Assembly (NCBI GenBank): GCA_025361285.1 | Contig: JANYAP010000019.1 | Span: 1 to 61,418 of the forward strand | Direction: 5' to 3' | From: Bacteroidales bacterium | GTDB lineage: Bacteria > Bacteroidota > Bacteroidia > Bacteroidales > JAAUTT01 | Length of the DNA stretch: 61,418 nucleotides | Shown: positions 1-10,899 of the stretch, piece by piece | Layout: every line of letters begins with the position of its first letter | How positions within the stretch are numbered: the stretch's first letter is position 1 | Made by a program: the position numbers and the translations under genes | Notes under the pieces: model-generated | Told to the model about the DNA's origin: nothing | What the model saw: the letters and a program-made list of their open reading frames with translations, nothing else | Databases searched by the model: none

Positions 1-140
1 TGGCTTTTTTAAATCATTCCAAGGAGCAGTATCGTATGCAACCATTCGATCGGTAATTGATACGGCTATTAAGAACAGCCAAAACCCACTCGAAATTATC
101 AAACTTATTGCCCAGTGCGAAGTGGCTACTGAATAGTTAC
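1..140 (+). mobile_element. Right end of an IS66-family insertion sequence (ISBst12-like), truncated by the window edge
   Basis: The transposase C-terminus is followed directly by CTGAATAGTTAC, whose reverse complement GTAACTATTCAG matches the GTAA-starting terminal IR typical of IS66. Confidence 0.8.
2..136 (+). CDS. IS66 transposase, C-terminal fragment (5' partial)
   Basis: Frame 2 reads GFFKSFQGAVSYATIRSVIDTAIKNSQNPLEIIKLIAQCEVATE*, matching the IS66 C-terminal pattern GxF(K/R)SxxGA...RSxxxTxxK. Confidence 0.8.
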   Translation, partial: GFFKSFQGAVSYATIRSVIDTAIKNSQNPLEIIKLIAQCEVATE

Positions 141-193
141 AAAATTTTATCAATAACGCAGTAGGAGCTTATTTAATACATATTACTAACTAA
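141..193 (+). repeat. Direct repeat copy 1 (~53 bp), upstream of the GH27 gene
   Basis: 46/53 identity by manual alignment to 1866-1918; shared core AACGCAGTAGGAGCYTATTTAATA. Confidence 0.85.
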
Positions 194-205
194 ATTTTTA
201 TAAAA

Positions 206-1741
206 ATGAAAAATGTTCTATTAAGTTGTGCTTTGTTGTTCGTGTTTTTTAGTTGTAACGATCTATCGGAAAATAAAATTGGTTCGCCAATTATAAACCC
301 ACCTTCGGTTACCGGAAATTACCCTAACACACCATTTTTGTTTGCAATACCAACACAGGGTGAACGCCCAATAACATGGTCGGCCGAAGGTTTACCCGAC
401 GGACTTACTCTCGACGCAAACACCGGTTTTATTACCGGAATTGTGGTTAAGGAAGGCGAACACATTGTTAAATTAAAGGCAGTCAATAATATAGGCACAT
501 TCGAAAGCACCCTAACAATTAAAATTGGTAATTTGTTAGCGCTTACACCACCAATGGGCTGGAATAGTTGGAATACTTTTACCGATCAAATTTCCGATTC
601 GTTAGTTCGGCAAATTGCTGACAGCATGGTAACTACTGGAATGCGCGACCTTGGTTATCAGTACATTAATATCGACGACTTTTGGCAATTGGCAGAGCGA
701 GATAAGAATGGTAAAATACAGGTGAACAAACAAAAGTTTCCAAACGGTATTAAAGCCGTTGCCGATTATGTACATTCAAAAGGGTTAAAGCTTGGTGTAT
801 ATTCCGATGCTGCCGAACTTACCTGTGGTGGCGTTGCCGGCAGCTATGGTTACGAGGTGTCTGATGCAAACGATTTTGCATCATGGGGGGTCGATCTTCT
901 TAAATACGACTATTGTTATGCTCCTTCACCCCGAGACACAGCTATAGATAGATATTCGCGAATGGCAAAAGCTCTTCGGAATACAAACCGATCAATTGTA
1001 TTTAGCGTTTGCGAATGGGGCGGAAGGCGTGTAGAACTAGATGGTAAAATTTTTGTAGATACTGATAATAAAGATACCCGTAAACCTCAGGAGTGGGCTG
1101 CGCAAATTGGAGGTAACTATTGGCGAACTACGTGCGATATTCGAAATATTTGGAATGCTGATAAATATAGTATTGGCATTAACAGTATTATGCAAATTCT
1201 CGATTTAAACGCGCCACTTGCCGAATATGCAGGGCCAGGTCATTGGAACGATCCCGATATTTTGGTGGTTGGTGTGTTGCCTATTGCCAGTTCTCCGGTT
1301 TTCCCGAAAGGCTTTAAGGGGTGTACCGATGTCGAATATCGTTCGCACATGAGTTTGTGGTGTTTAATGACAGCACCATTGTTGGCAGGTAACGATATTC
1401 GTAATATGTTAAAACCTACCAGAGATATTTTATTGAACCCCGAAATAATTGCTATTAACCAGGATGCACTGGGCAAACAAGCTAAAAGAATTCGCGACGA
1501 TGGTATGGAAGAGGTGTTTGCAAAGCCAATGGCCGACGGTTCATGGGCAGTAGGTTTGCTTAACCGAAACGACTCTATCGATAAATCCATTCGTATTTCG
1601 TGGAAAGAAATTGGCATTGAAGGTAAAAAGCAAGTTCGCGATGTATGGGAGCAAAATGTTTTGGGCCAATTTTCCGATTCTTTCGAAACAATAGTAAAAC
1701 CGCATCAGTGCTTTGTGGTTCGAGTTTCCAACACTAAGTAA
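206..1741 (+). CDS. GH27 alpha-galactosidase-like lipoprotein with an N-terminal Ig-like domain
   Basis: TPPMGWNSWN, INIDDFW, LLKYDYC, CEWG, WRTTCDI and WNDPD motifs; lipobox FFSC. Confidence 0.9.
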   Translation: MKNVLLSCALLFVFFSCNDLSENKIGSPIINPPSVTGNYPNTPFLFAIPTQGERPITWSAEGLPDGLTLDANTGFITGIVVKEGEHIVKLKAVNNIGTFESTLTIKIGNLLALTPPMGWNSWNTFTDQISDSLVRQIADSMVTTGMRDLGYQYINIDDFWQLAERDKNGKIQVNKQKFPNGIKAVADYVHSKGLKLGVYSDAAELTCGGVAGSYGYEVSDANDFASWGVDLLKYDYCYAPSPRDTAIDRYSRMAKALRNTNRSIVFSVCEWGGRRVELDGKIFVDTDNKDTRKPQEWAAQIGGNYWRTTCDIRNIWNADKYSIGINSIMQILDLNAPLAEYAGPGHWNDPDILVVGVLPIASSPVFPKGFKGCTDVEYRSHMSLWCLMTAPLLAGNDIRNMLKPTRDILLNPEIIAINQDALGKQAKRIRDDGMEEVFAKPMADGSWAVGLLNRNDSIDKSIRISWKEIGIEGKKQVRDVWEQNVLGQFSDSFETIVKPHQCFVVRVSNTK

Positions 1742-1865
1742 TGTGTAGGAAATAAGTTCCTACAAGGTGCGCAAAAAATTTAATACCGGAACTTACTACA
1801 GTAAGTAAGAACTTAGCGAAGCGTTCACGAACACCATTAAAAACACATGGATTTGTGAGTAATTT

Positions 1866-1918
1866 AAAATTTTTGCAGCAACGCAGTAGGAGCCTATTTA
1901 ATAAATATTACTAAGTAA
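1866..1918 (+). repeat. Direct repeat copy 2, downstream of the GH27 gene
   Basis: Matches 141-193. Confidence 0.85.
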
Positions 1919-2418
1919 TTTTATGCTGTGTAGATGCTGTGTAAAAGTCGGAAAAATGATTGTAAAAGCAAGTTCGCTTAACTTTAATACATTCATTATT
2001 CTGGCTGTATAATTTTGCTCTTGAGCGTCTTTGCGTGCAAGTATTTTTTTACACATCTTCTATTTAGTTAGTGTTTGCAACAAAACCATCAAACTGTTGA
2101 AGATTAACACAATACGGGTAATAATTTCTTGAATCTTTACCTTCAATTATTTAGCAGCCTTATCTAAAGTGTATATATTGAGTATGTTAACCTATTGTGG
2201 CTAGCTTATTTTATTAAAAAGACCTTAGAGATTTACCGTATACGAAAAAGTAAAATAATAGTCTGGTCTTAAAAGTTACTTTGGATAGAAGTGTTATTCC
2301 AACTATGGTCGCAATATATTAAATATAAAACTGTTATGTACTAAAGTATGCTCTTGAATGACAATAAACCGTCTTTTAGCTGCGGACTCAAATAAGCAAT
2401 CCCAAGATTTTATTGTTT

Positions 2419-5073
2419 ATGGCTAAAAAGTGCTTATTTACTGCGTTAGTACTGGTAATATTTTTGAATGCCAATGCCGAAATTGTAAAAAAATTCAGTT
2501 TTGGCGTTGGCGATTCTATTAAAAAGCAAGGCGATAAAATACCCGTACGAATTTATAATACAGTTCGGCTAACCACAATAAAGCCCCAAATTGATGGAGT
2601 TTTAGACGACGACTGCTGGGAAACAGGTGTATGGGCTGGAGATTTTACTCAATGGATTCCTAACGAAGGTGCTAAACCATCGCAAAAAACTGAGCTTACG
2701 ATACTTTACGACGATAAAAACATTTACGTTGCTATTCGGGCATTCGATAACGAACCTCAAAAAATACACAGGAAAGCTGGCAGAAGAGACGATTTTTTAG
2801 GCGATATGGTAGGTATTGCATTCGACAGTTATCACGATCATCGCACAGGCTTTGAATTTGCCGTTTCGGCCGCCGGTCAGAAAACCGACGTGCTTCTAAC
2901 TAACCCTTCGAATGCCGATATTAATTGGAATGCGGTTTGGACTGGTAAAGCAGCCATGGAAGATTCGGCTTGGACTGTTGAAATGGAAATTCCTTTAAGT
3001 CAGTTGCGATATAGCAATAGTGAGGAACAAATATGGGGGCTTCATTGTTGGCGATGGATAGATAGGCTTCAGGAGGAAAGCGACTGGGAAATTCAAACTT
3101 CTACCGGTCCCGGAATAATCTATTTATTTGGCGAACTACATGGTTTAAGAAATTTTGCTAAAGCTCGAAGAATCGAATTTTTGCCTTACGATTTGCAAAA
3201 GTTTAGCACATTCAAAAAAGAACTCGAAAATCCTTTCCGGTACAACGGGCAATCTAGAATGGGAAATTTTGGGCTCGATGCAAAAATAGGCATATCGAGT
3301 AATTTTACCGTCGATTTGGCTGTAAACCCTGATTTTGGACAGGTAGAAGCCGATCCTTCGGTTATGAACCTTACCGCTTTCGAAACTTACTTCGAAGAAA
3401 AACGACCTTTTTTTCTTGAAGGAAAAAATATTTTCAATTTTAATCTGGGCGATGCTAGTATTTTTTATTCTCGACGAATTGGGCACTCACTTACATTTTC
3501 ACCTACCTTACAGCCCAATGAATACCTGAATATGCCCGATAATTCCACCATTTTAAGCGCAACTAAGTTTAGTGGTAAAACGGCAAAAGGCCTTTCAGTA
3601 GGAGCGATGCAAAGTTTCACCACCAGCGAGCAAGCCGAAGTTAGTTCCGCTGGTATTACAAAACAAATTACGGCCGAGCCGGTTACGAGTTATTTTGTTG
3701 GGCGTGTGCAACAGGATTATAACCAGAGCAATACCGTACTGGGTGGGATATTTACATCTACCAACAGGTTTTTAAACCACTCTCACCTTAATTTTATGAA
3801 CCGCAACGCATATACAGGCGGGCTCGATTTGTTGCATCAATGGAAAGACAAAGAATTTTACGTGAATGCGAAATTAATAGGAAGCTAAATTGAAGGCAAC
3901 GTGAAGGCAATTAATGAGTTGCAAATGTCGCCAGCTCATTATTATCAACGCCCCGATGCATTTCATTTACAATACGATACCACCTTGTCTCACCTCTCGG
4001 GGTTTGGAGGAAAAATAAAAATAGGGAAGGGAAGTAAGGGGCTGTGGCGCTATTCAGCAGAGGTTAGTTTTATTTCTCCAGGGCTCGATTTGAATGATAT
4101 TGGCTATATGCAAATGGCCGATATAATTTCTCAGAATAACAATCTTTCGTACTTTGTTAATAAGCCCGTGTCCATTTTTCGAACCTATTCTATTGGCATT
4201 TATCAAACCAATAAATGGGACTTTTCCATGAGACACAATTCATCGGGAGCAAGCACATACTCGTACTTTGAATTTCTAAACTTGTACTCTTTATATTTTG
4301 GGCTCGATTATACCTCGCATGCATTCGACACTCGCTTGTTACGCGGCGGTTACGGCATGTTAGTTCCTCAAAGCTTGTCGGGAAACATTAATGCTAGAAC
4401 TAACCGATCCCAAAAACTTTTTTTTGAGTTTTATTACAACTTCAATATTGCCAGCAATAATGCTTCGGAATACCATTCGCTTGTTACCAGTATTTCATAT
4501 CGCCCTGTAAATTCGCTTAAACTGGGAATCGATTGTAGCCTTTCCAAAAATAAAGACGAACTTCAATATGTAGATAATAAGGTTGTTGATGACAACAAAA
4601 AATACATTTTGGCTAAAATAAATCAGGAAACCGCTGCACTAACTTTTCGAGTCGATTACCATATTACCCCCGAAGTATCGCTGCAGTATTACGGAAGTCC
4701 CTTTGCATCAGTTGGTAAGTACTCCAATTATAAAAATGTAAATAATCCGAAAGCAAATAATTATAACGATAGATTTACTATTTTAAATCATACAAGTCTG
4801 TTAGGAAATGATTATCAAGTAGATGAAAGCAATGATGGGGTTGTTGATTATACGTTTGCTAATCCCGATTTTAGTTTCTACCAATTTCGTTCAAACTTTG
4901 TATTTCGTTGGGAGTATCGCCTTGGTTCTCAACTATATCTGGTATAGGCTAATAATCGGTCTCAGCATATTAACCCTGGGTTCTACGGAATTTACGATTC
5001 CGCTAGTCAACTTGCGAAAGCATCGGCAAATAACACCTTTCTAATTAAACTAAATTACTGGTTTTCAATTTAA
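2419..5073 (+). pseudogene. DUF5916 / CBM9-like outer-membrane protein interrupted by two in-frame stops
   Basis: One continuous frame with TAA at 3886-3888 and TAG at 4945-4947. Motifs IDGVLDD, NPDFGQVEAD, EKRPFFLEG and FRWEYR; the family-like C-terminus NTFLIKLNYWFSI lies after the TAG. Confidence 0.8.
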
Positions 5074-5099
5074 TAACTATCAGATAACTTTCTTTAAAC

Positions 5100-5132
5100 A
5101 ATAACGGCCACTCAAAACGAGTAGCCGTTATT
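5100..5132. terminator. Probable bidirectional intrinsic terminator
   Basis: AATAACGGC...GCCGTTATT hairpin between convergent genes. Confidence 0.7.
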
Positions 5133-5151
5133 TGTATGTTGCTCACGGTAT

Positions 5152-7305
5152 TTATTCTTCTTTTTGTTCTAATTCATAAGCTTTTAGCAGCTCGCTTTGT
5201 ATTTCGCTTGGCACTTGCGAATATTCCGAAAACTTCATTGAATACATTGCCCTACCTTGGGTTAGCGAGCTTAACGAAGTAGAGTATTTATTCATCTCAG
5301 CCAATGGTACTTTTGCCGATATTTTTTCGAAACCTCTTTCGCTTATCATACCTTGCACTATGGCACGCCTGGTTTGTAGGTCGCTCATTACATCGCCCAT
5401 ACGATCGGCTGGCACCAATACATCCACATTATATATAGGCTCCATAATTTTAGGACCTGCGTTCTTAAACGCCTCTCTAAACGCGTTGCGACCTGCTAAA
5501 CGGAACGAAATTTCGTTGGAATCAACAGGGTGCATTTTGCCGTCGTACACATATACCTTTATATCACGAGCATACGATCCTGTAAGTGGACCTTCCTCCA
5601 TTTTTTCCATTATCCCTTTTTGTATGGCAGGCAGAAAACGAGCATCAATGCTACCTCCAACAATACAGTTGTAAAAAACTAACTTTCCACCCCATGGCAT
5701 AGTTTGTTCGTCCTTGTCTCTAAGGCTAAGCTTAATTTCTTTGCCAGCTATTTTAAACATAGTAGGTTCGGGCGCACCTTCTACAAAGGGTTCTATAATG
5801 ATGTGTACTTCACCAAATTGCCCTGCTCCACCCGATTGTTTTTTGTGGCGATAATCGGCAAGTGCCGTTTTGGTAATTGTTTCGCGATATTGTATTTTGG
5901 GGGCAATAAATTCGGTAGGTATCTTATATACATGATCTAAATGCCATTTTACTATATTTAAATGATATTCACCTTGCCCGTGTATTAACGTTTGTTTTAG
6001 TTCCTTCGAGTATTCTAAAATTACTGTCGGATCCTCCATCGAAATCCTGTGCAGCGCTTCTCCTAGCTTTTCTTCGTCGGTTTCGTTAATTGCTTTTATG
6101 GCTGTTCGAAACTTAGGGTTTGGAAAAGGAATTTTACTGAATTTTATTTGCGAACCTGGCACTGTAAGCGTATGGTTACTTTTTGTACCTTTAATTTTTA
6201 CAGTTGCACCTATGTCGCCAGCAACAATTTTCGGTATTTTAATTCTGTTTTTACCAGCAACAGTAAATATTTGCGAAATACGTTCCTTCGACTGCGTTGA
6301 GGCATTTATAATGTCCATACCTTCAACAAATTCGCCCGACATTACTTTGAAGTAATTAATTTCGCCAATGTGCTGTTCTATTGAGGCTTTAAACACAAAA
6401 GCCGATGGCGATGCTTTTATCTCGCATTTTACCTCTGTTCCGTTAGCGTCCATAGGAGCGGGTATTTCTGAAGGGTTAGGAAGCACTCGCGATAAAAATT
6501 CCATCATCCTGCCAACACCATAATTTTTCTTGGCCGAAATACAAACAACAGGAACTACCCCGCTGTTTATCAATCCAATGGTAATACCTTTACGCATTTC
6601 GTCTTCGGTAAGCGAGCCTTTCTCGAAGAATATCTCCATAAGCTTTTCATCGTTCTCGGCAGCCTTTTCAATTAATTCGGCTCGTAGCTCTTCAGCTTTT
6701 TCCTTTTGGTTAGCTGGCACTTCGGTAATATCCACCTTTCCGCCATCCGAATACGAATATTGTTTCATTAATAATATATCAATGAAGGTATTGAATCCAA
6801 CACCTTCATTTACTGGATATTGTATAACTACAATATTTTTACTTATACGTTCTTTTGCACGGTCTATGCAATTTTCGAAATTAGATTTTTCGTGATCTAG
6901 TTGGTTAATTGCCAATACCATACCTCTTTTGGCATTTTCGGCGTGCCGGTTCTGAATTTCAGTTCCAACTTCAACTCCATTCTGGGCGTTTATTACCATT
7001 AAAGTCGTGTCGGTAACAGTAAGAGCCGCAACTACACCGTTGCAGAAATCGTCGGCACCAGGGCAGTCAATGAAATTCAATTTTTTGTCGTTGTATTCGG
7101 CATACATTACCGTTGGAAACACCGAACTTCTGTTTTCGTGTTCAATATCGGAAAAATCCGAAACTGTGTTTTTATTTTCTACTTCCCCTCGCCTGTCTAT
7201 AACTTTTCCTTCGAAAAGCATCGCCTCGGCGAGGGTAGTTTTCCCGGAACCAGAGTTCCCCAAAATCGCAAAATTCTTAATTTGTTCTGTAATGTAAGTT
7301 TTCAT
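5152..7305 (-). CDS. fusA2: Elongation factor G paralog (EF-G2 type)
   Basis: EF-G architecture with divergent G motifs (GNSGSGKTT, DCPG, NQLD), KKQSGGAGQFG, and a domain IV insertion ending PWGGKL. Confidence 0.88.
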   Translation of the reverse strand: MKTYITEQIKNFAILGNSGSGKTTLAEAMLFEGKVIDRRGEVENKNTVSDFSDIEHENRSSVFPTVMYAEYNDKKLNFIDCPGADDFCNGVVAALTVTDTTLMVINAQNGVEVGTEIQNRHAENAKRGMVLAINQLDHEKSNFENCIDRAKERISKNIVVIQYPVNEGVGFNTFIDILLMKQYSYSDGGKVDITEVPANQKEKAEELRAELIEKAAENDEKLMEIFFEKGSLTEDEMRKGITIGLINSGVVPVVCISAKKNYGVGRMMEFLSRVLPNPSEIPAPMDANGTEVKCEIKASPSAFVFKASIEQHIGEINYFKVMSGEFVEGMDIINASTQSKERISQIFTVAGKNRIKIPKIVAGDIGATVKIKGTKSNHTLTVPGSQIKFSKIPFPNPKFRTAIKAINETDEEKLGEALHRISMEDPTVILEYSKELKQTLIHGQGEYHLNIVKWHLDHVYKIPTEFIAPKIQYRETITKTALADYRHKKQSGGAGQFGEVHIIIEPFVEGAPEPTMFKIAGKEIKLSLRDKDEQTMPWGGKLVFYNCIVGGSIDARFLPAIQKGIMEKMEEGPLTGSYARDIKVYVYDGKMHPVDSNEISFRLAGRNAFREAFKNAGPKIMEPIYNVDVLVPADRMGDVMSDLQTRRAIVQGMISERGFEKISAKVPLAEMNKYSTSLSSLTQGRAMYSMKFSEYSQVPSEIQSELLKAYELEQKEE

Positions 7306-7363
7306 AAACAGTAAGTTTTAAATTAAGTAATTAATAAATGTAGTTTTTTATTAAGTAGACAAC

Positions 7364-7393
7364 CAAAAGTAGTAATTTTTTTAAAAGATGCAA
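7364..7393 (-). promoter_or_regulatory. Bacteroidota sigma-A promoter for EF-G2
   Basis: Minus strand TTG-19 nt-TACTTTTG. Confidence 0.55.
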
Positions 7394-7731
7394 GACAATT
7401 GTTAAGGCTGTTAGTTACAGAATGGCTTTATGGCTTATCGCTTAAAATGAACTTATTATACATTTAAAATAACTTTTTACTCTATACATTCTTATTTATA
7501 CCTATTATATATAACTTCTTTTATGATTTAAAATGAAGCTATTCAACAACAAAAAATCAATGGTTTACTAAAAAATCGAACAAATTGTTGGTAGCACACG
7601 CACAAAAATATTTCACATTCATTTTAATTGTATTAACTTTGTGCGCTTTTATAAAAAACACCTGTGTAACTATTACCGAATACTTTCACAGTATATGTTC
7701 AAAAGAAATCTAATTATTTTTGCAAAACGTG

Positions 7732-7761
7732 TTGTTTTTATGAAAATAAAAAATACCTTTG
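7732..7761 (+). promoter_or_regulatory. Bacteroidota sigma-A promoter for the rpsL operon
   Basis: TTG-19 nt-TACCTTTG; further TAnnTTTG boxes at 7634 and 7715. Confidence 0.65.
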
Positions 7762-7807
7762 CGAACCAATTTTTAAAAGAGTTTAAAATTAAACAGATAT
7801 CGTCTTT

Positions 7808-8212
7808 ATGCCTACAATTCAACAGTTAGTAAGGAAAGGAAGGACCAAACTTATCGATAAGAGCAAGGCTCCAGCATTGGATTCCTGTCCTCAAAGGCGT
7901 GGAGTATGTGTGCGTGTGTACACCACTACTCCTAAGAAACCAAACTCGGCCATGCGTAAAGTGGCTAGGGTTCGTCTCACAAACGGAAAAGAAGTAAATG
8001 CTTATATCCCTGGCGAAGGTCACAACCTTCAGGAACACTCCATTGTATTAATTCGTGGAGGTAGGGTTAAGGATCTTCCTGGTGTGCGTTACCACTTAAT
8101 TCGTGGAGCTCTCGATGCCTCTGGCGTTGATGGTAGAAAACGTAGCCGTTCCAAATACGGAGCCAAAAGGCCTAAACCAGGTACAGTAGCAGCAACAACA
8201 AAAAAGAAATAA
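7808..8212 (+). CDS. rpsL: 30S ribosomal protein S12
   Basis: [25 protein letters not shown]. Confidence 0.99.
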   Translation: MPTIQQLVRKGRTKLIDKSKAPALDSCPQRRGVCVRVYTTTPKKPNSAMRKVARVRLTNGKEVNAYIPGEGHNLQEHSIVLIRGGRVKDLPGVRYHLIRGALDASGVDGRKRSRSKYGAKRPKPGTVAATTKKK

Positions 8213-8232
8213 TTATAAAAGGGTAACAAACC

Positions 8233-8709
8233 ATGCGTAAAGCTAAACCAAAAAAAAGAATCATATTGCCTGATCCTAAATTTAGTGATGTTCAGGTAAC
8301 AAGGTTTGTAAATAACCTGATGTATTCAGGTAAAAAAAGCGTAGCATACGGAGTTTTCTACGAAGCAATGTCTATCGTTCAAAACCGTTTGAAAGACACT
8401 GATAAAACACCTCTCGAAGTTTGGAGAAAAGCCTTGGAAAACATAACTCCAATGGTTGAAGTGAAAAGCCGCCGCGTTGGTGGTGCTACATTTCAGGTCC
8501 CTATCGAGGTTCGTGCCGATCGTAAGGTTTCGCTTAGTATGAAAAACCTTATTCTATATTCTCGCAAACGTAGCGGAAAATCGATGAGCGAAAAACTCGC
8601 CGCCGAAATCTTAGCTGCATTCAATGAAGAAGGCGGAGCATATAAAAGAAAAGAAGACATGCATAAAATGGCTGAAGCCAATAAGGCATTTGCTCATTTC
8701 AGGTTTTAA
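8233..8709 (+). CDS. rpsG: 30S ribosomal protein S7
   Basis: [25 protein letters not shown]. Confidence 0.99.
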   Translation: MRKAKPKKRIILPDPKFSDVQVTRFVNNLMYSGKKSVAYGVFYEAMSIVQNRLKDTDKTPLEVWRKALENITPMVEVKSRRVGGATFQVPIEVRADRKVSLSMKNLILYSRKRSGKSMSEKLAAEILAAFNEEGGAYKRKEDMHKMAEANKAFAHFRF

Positions 8710-8774
8710 TTTGTTGTAAGAAGAAAAGTAAGTAGTTTAGTAAGTAGTTTGATTGTATAGTAGATAGATTAATA

Positions 8775-10883
8775 ATGAGCAAGGATTTAAGTAGACAAAG
8801 GAATATAGGCATTATGGCCCATATCGATGCAGGTAAAACTACCACATCGGAACGTATTCTTTTTTATACAGGCATAAATTATAAGATTGGCGAAGTGCAC
8901 GATGGTACTGCTACTATGGACTGGATGGTTCAAGAGCAGGAGCGAGGTATAACAATAACTTCCGCAGCCACTACCGCATTTTGGAAATATCGCAACGAAG
9001 AGTATAAAATTAATATCATCGACACTCCAGGTCACGTCGATTTTACTGTAGAGGTAGAACGTTCGTTACGTGTACTTGATGGCGCAGTTGCACTTTTTTG
9101 TGCAGTAGGTGGTGTTGAACCTCAAAGCGAAACAGTATGGCGTCAGGCTAACAAATATGGCGTTCCACGCTTAGGTTTTGTAAATAAAATGGATCGCTCA
9201 GGCGCCGATTTCTATGGCGTTGTTGGCGAAATTCGCGAAAAATTAGGTTGTAACCCAGTACCACTTCAAATACCAATTGGTGCCGAAGAAAAATTCATCG
9301 GTGTAGTCGATTTAATCGAGTTTAAATCAATTGTTTGGACTGAAGATGCTAAACTTGGCTCCACATTTGTTATAGGCGAAGTGCCTGCAAATATGGTAGA
9401 AGAAGCAACCGAATGGCGCAATAAAATGATTGAAGCCGTTGCTGAAACCGACGATACATTATTAGAGAAATTTCTCGAAGACCCAAATTCCATATCTATC
9501 GAGCAAATTCGCGAAGCCGTTCGCAAAGCCACTATTAGCATGATTATTGTGCCTATAATGTGTGGATCGGCCTTCAAAAATAAAGGCGTACAAAGTCTAC
9601 TCGATGCAGTATGTTCTTATTTAGCTAGCCCGCTCGATAAAGGTCAAATTGAAGGCACAAACCCAAATACCGACGAGGTTGTTATTCGTCAACCCGACGA
9701 AAAGGAACCAGTTACAGCTTTAGCATTCAAAATAGCAACCGATCCTTATGTTGGTCGTTTAGCTTTCCTACGCATATATTCAGGGAAACTTGATGCTGGT
9801 ACTTACCTAATGAATTCACGCACAGGTAAAAAGGAACGCATTTCCCGCTTATTCCAAATGCACGCTAATAAACAGAACCCAATTGATAGTTGTGGCGCTG
9901 GCGATATCTGTGCAGTTGTGGGTATCAAAGAATTACGTACAGGCGATACTTTTTGCGATGTCGATCATCCTATAATTCTTGAGGCAATGACATTCCCACT
10001 ACCAGTAATTGGTGTGGCAGTTGAGCCTAAAACACAAGCCGATGTCGATAAACTAGGTATGGCCCTTGGTAAACTTTCCGAAGAAGATCCTACATTCCAA
10101 GTTAAAACCGATCCCGATAGCGGACAGGTTGTTATTAGCGGTATGGGCGAACTTCACCTCGAAATAATTGTTGACCGTTTACGTCGCGAATTTAAGGTTG
10201 AATGTAACCAAGGCGCACCGCAAGTAGCATATAAAGAAGCAATTACAGGAACTGTTGAACATCGCGAGGTTTTCAAAAAACAATCGGGTGGTAGAGGTAA
10301 GTTTGCCGATATAGTAGTTCGCATTTCTCCGGCCGATGCTGGTGTTACTGGTTTGCAATTTATCGATTTAGTTAAAGGTGGTAATGTACCACGCGAATAT
10401 ATACCAGCTGTTGAGAAAGGTTTCAAAGAAGCTCTTCAAAATGGTGTACTTGCCGGATATCATGTCGATAGCTTAAAGGTTGAATTACTCGATGGTTCTT
10501 ACCACGCAGTCGATTCCGATGCTCTATCGTTCGAAATTTGCGCAAAACAAGCATTCCGCGAAGCTTGCCCAAAAGCGAAACCAATTATTCTCGAACCAAT
10601 TATGGCTGTTGAAGTTGTTACACCCGAAGATTATATGGGCGATGTAATTGGCGACTTTAACAAACGTCGTGGTCAGATTGAAGGCATGGATTCTAAAGCT
10701 GGTTCACGTGTAGTGAAGGCTAAAGTACCTCTTTCAGAACAGTTTGGCTACGTTACAGTATTGCGTACCATTTCATCGGGGCGCGCTACTTCAACAATGG
10801 AATTCTCGCATTACGCACAAGTTACCGATAACCTTGCCAAGGAAGTTATTGCCAAGGCAAAAGGTAAAGCTGAAGTTATTTAA
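8775..10883 (+). CDS. fusA: Elongation factor G
   Basis: [23 protein letters not shown]. Confidence 0.99.
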   Translation: MSKDLSRQRNIGIMAHIDAGKTTTSERILFYTGINYKIGEVHDGTATMDWMVQEQERGITITSAATTAFWKYRNEEYKINIIDTPGHVDFTVEVERSLRVLDGAVALFCAVGGVEPQSETVWRQANKYGVPRLGFVNKMDRSGADFYGVVGEIREKLGCNPVPLQIPIGAEEKFIGVVDLIEFKSIVWTEDAKLGSTFVIGEVPANMVEEATEWRNKMIEAVAETDDTLLEKFLEDPNSISIEQIREAVRKATISMIIVPIMCGSAFKNKGVQSLLDAVCSYLASPLDKGQIEGTNPNTDEVVIRQPDEKEPVTALAFKIATDPYVGRLAFLRIYSGKLDAGTYLMNSRTGKKERISRLFQMHANKQNPIDSCGAGDICAVVGIKELRTGDTFCDVDHPIILEAMTFPLPVIGVAVEPKTQADVDKLGMALGKLSEEDPTFQVKTDPDSGQVVISGMGELHLEIIVDRLRREFKVECNQGAPQVAYKEAITGTVEHREVFKKQSGGRGKFADIVVRISPADAGVTGLQFIDLVKGGNVPREYIPAVEKGFKEALQNGVLAGYHVDSLKVELLDGSYHAVDSDALSFEICAKQAFREACPKAKPIILEPIMAVEVVTPEDYMGDVIGDFNKRRGQIEGMDSKAGSRVVKAKVPLSEQFGYVTVLRTISSGRATSTMEFSHYAQVTDNLAKEVIAKAKGKAEVI

Positions 10884-10899
10884 TATAACATATATCACA

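Noticed and set aside
1923-2012. MLCRCC... small ORF as a second Cys-sensing leader
   Set aside because: Its Cys codons arise from a 10-bp tandem duplication, and the downstream gene has no link to sulfur metabolism.
3886-4947. Stop-codon reassignment or readthrough to explain the DUF5916 stops
   Set aside because: Two different stops are involved, and TAA, TAG and TGA all end conserved genes at their expected positions (rpsL TAA, rpmC and rplO TAG, rpsJ TGA).
7641-7829. 62-aa ORF overlapping the rpsL start
   Set aside because: GTG start, AT-rich, spans promoter boxes and has no recognisable motif; likely spurious.
10744-10899. N-terminal extensions in the ORF track (rpsJ; also rpsE at 18943 and the ferredoxin at 36155)
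   Set aside because: These come from longest-ORF calling; homologs begin at the downstream ATGs.
10884-10899. Absence of tuf after fusA
   Set aside because: Normal for Bacteroidota, where rpsJ follows fusA and tuf lies elsewhere.
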